Shown here: positions 25,724-32,000 of the stretch, in pieces | Position numbering within the stretch: position 1 is the first letter of the stretch | How the letters are laid out: the number at the start of each line of letters is the position of its first letter | DNA from: an uncultured Thermoproteales archaeon | GTDB taxonomy: Archaea > Thermoproteota > Thermoprotei > Thermoproteales > Thermoproteaceae | DNA length: 32,000 nt | Direction of reading: 5' to 3' | Assembly: GCA_938027595.1 (NCBI GenBank) | Contig: CALJAK010000007.1 | Coordinates: 109,982-141,981, forward strand | Position numbers and translations under genes: made by a program | Notes under the pieces: model-generated | The model's database searches: none | Told to the model about the DNA's origin: nothing | Seen by the model: the letters and a program-made list of their open reading frames with translations, nothing else

Positions 25724-25755
25724 AAAAAATTTGAATATGTTTTTAAGACTTATAT

Positions 25756-26280
25756 GTGATTCTCATTTTCCACGGCTCTAGAGATTTGCAACACAACACA
25801 CAAGCCATAGAGCTGGCTAAATCTCTCGGTGCTGGATATGCATTTATGGAGATAGAGCCCAAATTCAGAGGTGGGTTAGGCATACCCATGTTTGTCACTG
25901 ACGGCTCGGACTATAGGAAAGCACTCGAAGTAGCCACGGTAAAAGCTCCCCCCCTACTCAAATGGCCCAACTTCGTAAATTATCTAAAGAGTTTAGCTGC
26001 AGAGCTCTACATATTCCACGGGCCTGACACCGGCGATGTGAGGAGTTTAGACATCCCAGTGGCTTTCCTCTATGGAGAACCAAACATAGAGGAGGTGAAA
26101 TGTGTGACGAAAGCTGCGCCCGTAGTCCTCACCAGGGGGTACATATATAAAACAATCGAGGCGAAGTACACTTCTCGATGTAATGCGGTGCTGCTCCCAC
26201 CTCTGGCAGAACAAGAACAATTCGTACAATACCTAAAGGCGACGTTGCCTAAAGTCATAGGTGGGGCCGCCGGGATTTGA
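25756..26280 (+). CDS. cbiX: CbiX-like sirohydrochlorin chelatase (probable ferrochelatase for siroheme)
   Basis: The N-terminal ILIFHGSRD and IPMFVTDGSDY resemble the small CbiX GHGS / PLFxxxG(H) motifs, but the second His is not obvious. GTG start. The gene sits in the siroheme cluster. Its last 19 nt overlap the tRNA-Pro 3' end on the opposite strand. Confidence 0.55.
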   Translation: MILIFHGSRDLQHNTQAIELAKSLGAGYAFMEIEPKFRGGLGIPMFVTDGSDYRKALEVATVKAPPLLKWPNFVNYLKSLAAELYIFHGPDTGDVRSLDIPVAFLYGEPNIEEVKCVTKAAPVVLTRGYIYKTIEAKYTSRCNAVLLPPLAEQEQFVQYLKATLPKVIGGAAGI

Positions 26281-26351
26281 ACCCGGGCTCACGTGGGCCC
26301 AAGCCACGCTTTAGGGGCACAGCCTATCCTACCAGGCTAGACTACGGCCCC
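26262..26351 (-). tRNA. tRNA-Pro(UGG) with one ~16-nt non-canonical intron at position 25/26 or 26/27
   Basis: The reverse strand reads GGGGCCG-UA-GUCU-AGCCUGGUA-GGAU-[A GGCUGUGCCCCUAAAG]-CGUGG-CUUGGGC-CCACG-UGAGC-CCGGG-UUCAAAU-CCCGG-CGGCCCC-A. G37 fits Pro. 90 nt minus 16 nt gives 74. Confidence 0.85.
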
Positions 26352-26388
26352 TCGGAATGTTTTTACAATATAAAATTTTTTAAAATTT

Positions 26389-27027
26389 ATGAAAATACCG
26401 CTCTGGGTTGAGGCCTCTAGGCTGAGGGTCTTGATATTTGGAGGGGGGTCTGTGGGTACTAGGAGAGCTAAATTCTTCGCGTCTGCCGGAGCTAAAGTGA
26501 GAGTCGTAGCGCGTCAATTCACTAACGAACTTCTCAACCTCGGTGTGGAGACTGTGGAGGCTGACTTGTATAAATACGACCCCTCCGGCGATATTGAGTG
26601 GGCGGATTTAGTGGTTATATCTGTCAACGACCAGCAGTTAGCTCAGAAACTTTTCCAACTAGCCAGCTCTATGGGTAAGTTGGTGAATGACGCTACCGAC
26701 GCCTCTCGCACGCACGTGGTCGTGCCGTACGAGAGAATGTTTTCAGGTCTGCGGATTGCGGTGACTAGCGAAGGAGCCGCGGGCACGCCAGCTAGACTAT
26801 CTCTGGAGGTAATTGAGGAGTGTCTCAAGAACAGCTGGATACCGCATTTATATGTAGTGTATAGCGAACTCAAGAAAGAGGCGAAGGCGCATGTGTCTGA
26901 CACCTCGGCGAGGCTGCAGTTTTACCAAAGCTTGTGGGAAGATCCCCAGTTCAGAGAGTACATCCAGAGGGGAGATGTCCAATTGGCCTTGGAGAGGGGG
27001 AGAGAAATTCTAAAGCTCTACAGATAA
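26389..27027 (+). CDS. sirC: Precorrin-2 dehydrogenase (SirC / Met8-like, siroheme synthase N-terminal-domain type)
   Basis: NAD-binding RVLIFGGGSVGTRRAKFFASAGAKVRVVA. 212-aa size and siroheme context. Confidence 0.8.
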   Translation: MKIPLWVEASRLRVLIFGGGSVGTRRAKFFASAGAKVRVVARQFTNELLNLGVETVEADLYKYDPSGDIEWADLVVISVNDQQLAQKLFQLASSMGKLVNDATDASRTHVVVPYERMFSGLRIAVTSEGAAGTPARLSLEVIEECLKNSWIPHLYVVYSELKKEAKAHVSDTSARLQFYQSLWEDPQFREYIQRGDVQLALERGREILKLYR

Positions 27028-27028
27028 C

Positions 27029-28021
27029 ATGCGCTTCCCCCACGTTAGGCCAAGGAGGCTGAGGGCTGGCAAAGTCATCAGAGACGCAGTGGCTGAGACG
27101 TGGATTGACGCCAGAGACTTCATATATCCAGTGTTTGTCAAACCTAGGGGTGGCGTGGAGGAGATCTCCTCAATGCCTGGACAATTCCGCTGGCCGCTGG
27201 GGAGAGAGTTAATAAACCATCTGGAGGAGGCGCTTTCAGTTGGCGTAGACAAAGTCATTTTGTTCGGAGTGGTTCCAGACGACGTGAAAGACCCCCACGG
27301 CACGGCTGGTTACGACCCCAATGGAGTTGTGCCGCAAGCAATCAAGTTGATAAAAGACGCTTTCGGCGACAAGCTGTACGTATTTGCCGACGTATGTCTC
27401 TGTGAATACACTGACCATGGACATTGCGGAGTTGTGAAAAACAACCGCGTGGACAACGACAGTACGATAAAGCTGTACGCCAAGGAGGCAGTTACGTACG
27501 CAGACGCCGGTGTGGATTTCGTCGCTCCAAGCGGTATGATGGATGGGCAAGTGGCTGAGATTAGGAGAGCTCTAGACTCGCACGGCTTTCACGACGTCGG
27601 CATTATGGCATACAGCGCTAAATACGCCTCTGCATTTTACGGACCGTTTCGCGTGGCGGCGTCCTCTGCGCCGAAGTTCGGCGATAGGAGGAGTTACCAG
27701 ATGGACCCCAGAAACGCCAGAGAAGCCGTGAGAGAGGTCATGTTAGACGTAGAGGAGGGCGCGGACATAGTTATGGTCAAGCCAGCTCTGGCGTATCTAG
27801 ACGTGGTTAAGCTTGTGAAAGACAACGTGCCGTGGGTCCCTCTAGCCGCTTACAACGTCTCTGGGGAGTACTCCATGGTCAAGGCAGCAGCTGGCTACAT
27901 AGACGTCAAAGTGGTTACGCTGGAGATTCTCACCTCCATCAAGAGAGCCGGCGCCGATTTGATACTGACATATCACGCTCTAGAGGCAGCCAAGTGGCTT
28001 AGAGATGGACTCCCCTTCTAA
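27029..28021 (+). CDS. hemB: Porphobilinogen synthase (delta-aminolevulinate dehydratase), Zn-type
   Basis: RPRRLR N-terminus, Cys-rich metal site DVCLCEYTDHGHCG, and Schiff-base lysine contexts (MVKPA, AYSAKYAS). Confidence 0.9.
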   Translation: MRFPHVRPRRLRAGKVIRDAVAETWIDARDFIYPVFVKPRGGVEEISSMPGQFRWPLGRELINHLEEALSVGVDKVILFGVVPDDVKDPHGTAGYDPNGVVPQAIKLIKDAFGDKLYVFADVCLCEYTDHGHCGVVKNNRVDNDSTIKLYAKEAVTYADAGVDFVAPSGMMDGQVAEIRRALDSHGFHDVGIMAYSAKYASAFYGPFRVAASSAPKFGDRRSYQMDPRNAREAVREVMLDVEEGADIVMVKPALAYLDVVKLVKDNVPWVPLAAYNVSGEYSMVKAAAGYIDVKVVTLEILTSIKRAGADLILTYHALEAAKWLRDGLPF

Positions 28022-28030
28022 AAAATAAAT

Positions 28031-29005
28031 ATGGAAAAGCTACAGTCCATGGATCAACAATTTGTAGACATATTGATGGAGGTTCAGTACCGCTTTCCCC
28101 TTGTGGAGAGGCCTTTTCTAGAAATCGCAGAGAGGCTAGACACCACAGAGGGGAGAGTGATAGAGAGACTTAGAGAAGCGGCGCGGCTGGGTGTGTTGAA
28201 GAGAATCGGCGCCATATTGAATTACAAATCTAGGGGGATGGTCGCCGCTTTAGTGGCCATGGCGGTACCGGAAGACAAGATCGAAGACGTAGCTCGAGTC
28301 GTGAACGCAGATCCCCTCGTCAGTCACAACTTCCAGAGAGATTACCAACCGTACAACTTGTGGTATGTAACTAAGGCGAGCAGCAGAGAGGAACTCGAGC
28401 AGAAGGTAAAGAGCGTTGCAGATAGATTCGGCGTTGATTACATAATTCTCCACTCGTTAAAGTCTTACAAAGTAGACGTCCGCTTTGATTTACACCGCGG
28501 CATTTCTTGGACTAGAGGATATATAATGCCCGAGAACCCCCCACCCATAAGCTCTCTGAACATACCGCCGGCGTTCTTTGGAAGGATAAAATCCATACCG
28601 CTGGAGCCGGAGCCGTTCAAGTGGGTAGCTGAAGCGTTAGGCTCCTCCGTCCGTCAAGCCATTGAGAAGACTAGAGAATTGATAGAGTTGGGGGTCCTCC
28701 GCGATTTCCACGGCACGTTAGACGGCGAGGCGGTTGGTTTTAGAGAAAACGCAATGGTGGTCTTAGAGAAGCCGCGGTGTGAAGAGGTGGCTATGTTAAA
28801 TATCTCGACGCATGTAGTTTTGAGAAACACTGTGCCTAACAAGTGGGAGTACCCCTGTTATTTCATGGTGCACGGCACAAGCCGCGGTGTGATACAGAGA
28901 CACATAGACGGCGTAGGGCTAGACGAGTATAGAGTACTCTACAGCGTTAGAGACTTCCTCGGGGGGAGAGAAATGGCGAGGAGAGTAGAGAAAATTGCGG
29001 ACTAG
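28031..29005 (+). CDS. ahbAB: Siroheme decarboxylase, fused AhbA/AhbB (NirD/L/G/H-like tandem Lrp/AsnC-type modules)
   Basis: 324 aa made of two tandem ~160-aa repeats. Each has an HTH-like head ([33 protein letters not shown]; [33 protein letters not shown]) and an AsnC-type body. It sits in the Ahb cluster. Confidence 0.75.
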   Translation: MEKLQSMDQQFVDILMEVQYRFPLVERPFLEIAERLDTTEGRVIERLREAARLGVLKRIGAILNYKSRGMVAALVAMAVPEDKIEDVARVVNADPLVSHNFQRDYQPYNLWYVTKASSREELEQKVKSVADRFGVDYIILHSLKSYKVDVRFDLHRGISWTRGYIMPENPPPISSLNIPPAFFGRIKSIPLEPEPFKWVAEALGSSVRQAIEKTRELIELGVLRDFHGTLDGEAVGFRENAMVVLEKPRCEEVAMLNISTHVVLRNTVPNKWEYPCYFMVHGTSRGVIQRHIDGVGLDEYRVLYSVRDFLGGREMARRVEKIAD

Positions 29006-29874
29006 CTGCGTATTTTCAAAGCGGCTCGCCTGCCCACCTCCACCGGATCTACGCCATAGATTTTCACAATCTGCCTCCCCCCGCCGTCTACATATCCAGC
29101 GGTGAACTCTATCAAACCCCCCCTGTATGTGGCAAATCCCCCCACCGCCACGTGACAACCTGCACCCACTGCTTTCAAGAATTCACGTTCTGCAGTAGCC
29201 TCTATGGAGGTCTTGAAATCGCTGGCTTTCTTAATTAAGTCCAAAAGCCAACTGTCTTCTCTAACCACTGCAGCCACAATGCCCTGTCCAGGCGGTGGGG
29301 GGATGATTTCTGGTCTTATCGGCTTTACACTCAACGGCGGAGTGTCTCCATACAATCGGAGGAGTCCCGCCGCTGCCATCACCGCGGCGTCGTACTGCCC
29401 CGCCAGCACTTTCCTAATTCTAGTGTCTACATTTCCCCTAAGTGGTTCCACTCGCACGTCTGGCCTTACGAATTTTAGAAATTCAGCCCTCCTAACGCTA
29501 GAGGTCCCCACCACGGCGCCCTTAGGTAGCGTGTCTAGGCTGTACCCCACCACGCTGACTAACACATCGTGTGGCGGCGCGCGGGGAGAGTAGCCAGCAA
29601 TCGCCAACCCACTCGACAACTCCGAGGGCAAGTCTTTGAGGCTGTGGATAGCCACGTCAGCTTCTCCACTCAACACAGCTGCGTTTACCTCTTTCTCAAA
29701 AATACCCTTCACGCCTATTTTGTAGAGTGGCACATCTTGAACCACATCACCCACTGTCTTGACTATCTTTATCTCAAACTGGAGCCCCGGCTCCACTTTT
29801 CTTAATTTCTCTAAGAATTCCTCAGTCTGTATTAAGCTTAGTTTGGATCCCCTAGTGGCTACAACTATCTTCAT
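29002..29874 (-). CDS. hemC: Hydroxymethylbilane synthase (porphobilinogen deaminase)
   Basis: The N-terminal [31 protein letters not shown] and the cofactor-Cys context (GAGCHVAVG) are present. Confidence 0.9.
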   Translation of the reverse strand: MKIVVATRGSKLSLIQTEEFLEKLRKVEPGLQFEIKIVKTVGDVVQDVPLYKIGVKGIFEKEVNAAVLSGEADVAIHSLKDLPSELSSGLAIAGYSPRAPPHDVLVSVVGYSLDTLPKGAVVGTSSVRRAEFLKFVRPDVRVEPLRGNVDTRIRKVLAGQYDAAVMAAAGLLRLYGDTPPLSVKPIRPEIIPPPPGQGIVAAVVREDSWLLDLIKKASDFKTSIEATAEREFLKAVGAGCHVAVGGFATYRGGLIEFTAGYVDGGGRQIVKIYGVDPVEVGRRAALKIRS

Positions 29875-31004
29875 CTAAATAACTCGGGTATGGGGCACAG
29901 TGGATCGTCGCCAAACATATCGCCAGTGAGGTAATACGCCCTAGCTCTGTCGCCTCCCTTACAATAGCGGACATATGGACATCGAGGACACTTCTCCCCC
30001 CTGAGATACCTCTCTGTATTTATAAATACGTCTAACTTCTCCGGACTCAAAATCTCCCTAAGTCTATTCACTCTGACGTTCCCCAACTTCATGAAATCTA
30101 CAAACTGACAGGGATACACATCGCCATTTGGGTATATGGACACAATTCGGCGGCCACAACCGCCGGTGGATTCTACAAACTCTAGAAACTTCACGTCGCC
30201 GCCCCCCACGGTTAGAGCTATATACACCCCATCATATGGCGCGAGCGTAGTCTCTACCTCAAGCCGACCTGCGTATTCTCTAACTTTCGAGAAGAGTACA
30301 TCCATAAATTGTTTATATTGCTGTGGAGTGTACCACCAATCCTTGGCGAGCTTCCCCGCCCGGCCGGCTGCAGACAAGTGGTAAAACGTGACGCGCCTCA
30401 CGCCGAGAGAAGCCGCAAAATCTATGTAACTCCCCACCTCGTGGATATTCTTCGCAGTGATTACGAACCTAAGCCCAACGTCCACGCCGGCTGCAATGGC
30501 GTTCTTTATCCCACTCAACGCCGCCAAGAAACTACCGGAGGCCCCCCTAAACGCGTCGTGAAAATCGCTATTTACAGAGTCTAAACTAACTCCCACATAC
30601 ACCACGTTCGCTTCTTTCAATTTTCTCGCCACCTCCGGCGTGATTAACGTGCCATTTGTGGACAAGACTGACTTAATGCCGCGGTCTCGGGCGTATTGGA
30701 CAATTTCAAAAAAATCCCGCCTAACTAAAGGCTCCCCGCCGGTGAACAATATCAGAGGTACCCCCACTTCAGCCATTTGGTCAACTACATCCAACGCCTC
30801 GCTAGTGGTTAACTCTCCACTGTCCTCAACGCCGGCGTCGATATAACAATGGATACATTTCAAGTTACATCTCTTTGTGATATTCCAACTCACAATAGGC
30901 CTAAAAGGAGCGGAGAACCCACTGGGGTTTCCAACGCCAAACTTGCCCTTGACTCTAAACGACGTTGTGCCAACGCCAGTCACCATTACGCTTATGGGAA
31001 TCAC
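29871..31004 (-). CDS. Radical SAM/SPASM enzyme, NirJ-like (AhbD or AhbC of the alternative heme pathway)
   Basis: [15 protein letters not shown] radical SAM motif, GGEPLVR, and the C-terminal SPASM Cys cluster [22 protein letters not shown]...DPLC. GTG start with TATA ~25 nt upstream. 4-nt overlap with hemC. Confidence 0.7.
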   Translation of the reverse strand: MIPISVMVTGVGTTSFRVKGKFGVGNPSGFSAPFRPIVSWNITKRCNLKCIHCYIDAGVEDSGELTTSEALDVVDQMAEVGVPLILFTGGEPLVRRDFFEIVQYARDRGIKSVLSTNGTLITPEVARKLKEANVVYVGVSLDSVNSDFHDAFRGASGSFLAALSGIKNAIAAGVDVGLRFVITAKNIHEVGSYIDFAASLGVRRVTFYHLSAAGRAGKLAKDWWYTPQQYKQFMDVLFSKVREYAGRLEVETTLAPYDGVYIALTVGGGDVKFLEFVESTGGCGRRIVSIYPNGDVYPCQFVDFMKLGNVRVNRLREILSPEKLDVFINTERYLRGEKCPRCPYVRYCKGGDRARAYYLTGDMFGDDPLCPIPELFR

Positions 31005-31039
31005 ACATCACTGGCGTAATTTACATAAAAACTTTAAAG

Positions 31040-31133
31040 TGGCGGGCCCGGTGGGATTCGAACCCACGACCTACGGGTTAAAAGCCTCGACGGCACCGCC
31101 TCCGCCGCTCTAACCGGGCTGAGCTACGGGCCC
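31040..31133 (-). tRNA. tRNA-Lys(UUU) with one 16-nt non-canonical intron in the 5' strand of the anticodon stem; 3' CCA is genomically encoded
   Basis: The reverse strand reads GGGCCCG-UA-GCUC-AGCCCGGUUA-GAGC-G-GCGG[AGGCGGUGCCGUCGAG]G-CUUUUAA-CCCGU-AGGUC-GUGGG-UUCGAAU-CCCAC-CGGGCCC-G-CCA. The mature body is 75 nt plus CCA. Confidence 0.85.
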
Positions 31134-31145
31134 AGCTATCTCTAC

Positions 31146-31841
31146 CTAGAACTTTTTAAATTTTTTCAAAAACTGTTTAAAAGCAACTGCGTCTTCAAAC
31201 ATATAGACGTTGTTAAATAGGACGTATGTCACTCTATCTAGAGAGGCGTTAGCCAATTTCTCGAAATCTTCCACTGTATATCTATATCGATACATGACTT
31301 TTCCAAGTCCATGCAGTCTAAAGTAATATACGTCGCTGTCGAATGGGGGTGATTTGAGAGGGTCTACCACAATAACTACGCCGAGGTCTCTAACTCTCTC
31401 CAAAAGTTTCACGTCTAGAGTTCTACCTCTAGGCTCCCAAGCCACTCTGTACTTGCCTACGATGGTTGAGAAAAAGTCGTAAATTTCCAAACTAGGCTCG
31501 AGACTGGGTGGACTTTGGAAAATTAGAAAATCGGGCATTATTGGACTCACAGTTTCAACAAACCGCTCCCACAACTCAAAATTCTCTCTAGTTGGCTTCA
31601 AACCCCCATGTCTCTCCGTAGGTCTAAACCCCCGTGTCCGTCTGTAAGTGGGGCTGCCCGGCGGGTGTGTAATGCCTTGAAAAACTTTAACTGTAAAATG
31701 AAAGTCTGGAGCTTCCCCACGCAGCGCTGCCATCCTCTCTCTAGTGGGAAAGTTGTAGAAGGTTTCCTGCAGTTCTACTACGTCGAGAGATTCATAAATC
31801 AAACGCCTAGATTTAGGAAATCCACACGTACCGACGTACAT
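31146..31841 (-). CDS. DUF72 (UPF0759) family protein
   Basis: From ATG 31841: MYVGTCGFPKSRRLIYESLDVVELQETFYNFP... This is the typical DUF72 N-terminal pattern (G-T-x-G-[FW] ... E-x-N/Q-x-[ST]-FY). TATA 'gttataaatttt' lies ~24 nt upstream. The track start (31874) is a TTG inside that promoter. Confidence 0.75.
   Translation of the reverse strand: MYVGTCGFPKSRRLIYESLDVVELQETFYNFPTRERMAALRGEAPDFHFTVKVFQGITHPPGSPTYRRTRGFRPTERHGGLKPTRENFELWERFVETVSPIMPDFLIFQSPPSLEPSLEIYDFFSTIVGKYRVAWEPRGRTLDVKLLERVRDLGVVIVVDPLKSPPFDSDVYYFRLHGLGKVMYRYRYTVEDFEKLANASLDRVTYVLFNNVYMFEDAVAFKQFLKKFKKF
31152..31166 (-). promoter_or_regulatory. TATA box for tRNA-Lys, embedded in the last codons of the DUF72 gene
   Basis: The reverse complement 'aaaaaatttaaaaag' is centred ~26 nt upstream of the tRNA 5' end (31133). 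The same bases encode the DUF72 C-terminal KKFKKF. Confidence 0.45.
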
Positions 31842-31858
31842 ACGGCATTTTCTTTCAC

Positions 31859-31870
31859 AAAATTTATAAC
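31859..31870. promoter_or_regulatory. Shared TATA between DUF72 and the divergent partial ORF at the window end
   Basis: 'aaaatttataac' is centred ~24 nt from ATG 31841 (minus strand) and ~29 nt from ATG 31894 (plus strand). Confidence 0.4.
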
Positions 31871-31893
31871 TCAATTACCTCTCTCTCTCTCTA

Positions 31894-32000
31894 ATGGATG
31901 AAAAAATTGAAAACACCCTCAGAAAACTGCCGGTGGATTACAACAACGACGGCAATGAGATTGTAGTAAAGGTGGGCAAAGGCAAGAGACTCCCCGAGGC
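31894..32000 (+). CDS. Start of an unidentified ORF that runs off the window end
   Basis: The ATG at 31894 reads MDEKIENTLRKLPVDYNNDGNEIVVKVGKGKRLPE... without a stop to position 32000. Too short to assign. Confidence 0.3.
   Translation, partial: MDEKIENTLRKLPVDYNNDGNEIVVKVGKGKRLPE

Noticed and set aside
31879-31892. (CT)7 dinucleotide repeat just upstream of ATG 31894
   Set aside because: It is short and single-copy, with no spacer-repeat organisation, so it is not CRISPR-like. It might be slippage-prone, but the sequence alone gives no support for a regulatory role.

Overview
The window looks like a core chromosomal segment of a hyperthermophilic crenarchaeon of the order Thermoproteales (Pyrobaculum/Thermoproteus-like). 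Three observations support this: a crenactin operon; three tRNA genes that each carry short introns at non-canonical positions; and A/T-rich TATA boxes about 22-30 nt upstream of start codons, which implies leaderless mRNAs. GTG/TTG starts and 4-nt gene overlaps are frequent.

Content from left to right:
- N-terminus of a class I aaRS, truncated by the window edge
- ACT-domain protein
- TtuA/NcsA-type tRNA 2-thiolase, coupled to a small Zn-ribbon ORF
- An envelope gene set: an MMPL/RND transporter head-to-head with an FtsX/MacB-type permease, which is coupled to a sequon-rich helical ectoprotein
- Tes-like radical SAM enzyme, divergent from a TrmB-family regulator
- The crenactin/arcadin 'arcade' operon, including a 53-codon ORF missing from the ORF track
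- Zn-ribbon protein and Hsp20
- A glyS-orf116-endA-orf205 operon
- About 400 bp of GC-rich non-coding DNA
- Agmatinase, NMN adenylyltransferase and RpoP (also missing from the track)
- tRNA-Val, then a small pilin-like ORF
- A mosaic siroheme / alternative-heme (Ahb) cluster: hemD, cobA, hemL, two radical SAM/SPASM genes, cbiX-like, sirC, hemB, fused ahbAB and hemC. It is interrupted by a HAD hydrolase, tRNA-Pro and tRNA-Lys.
- DUF72

I saw no CRISPR array, IS element, integrase or recognisable defence genes.

The least-explained parts are the ATPase-less FtsX-like permease with its coiled-coil glycoprotein, the two unknown proteins coupled to EndA, and the 19.13-19.53 kb spacer. All functional calls rest on motif recognition by eye. 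No database search was run.
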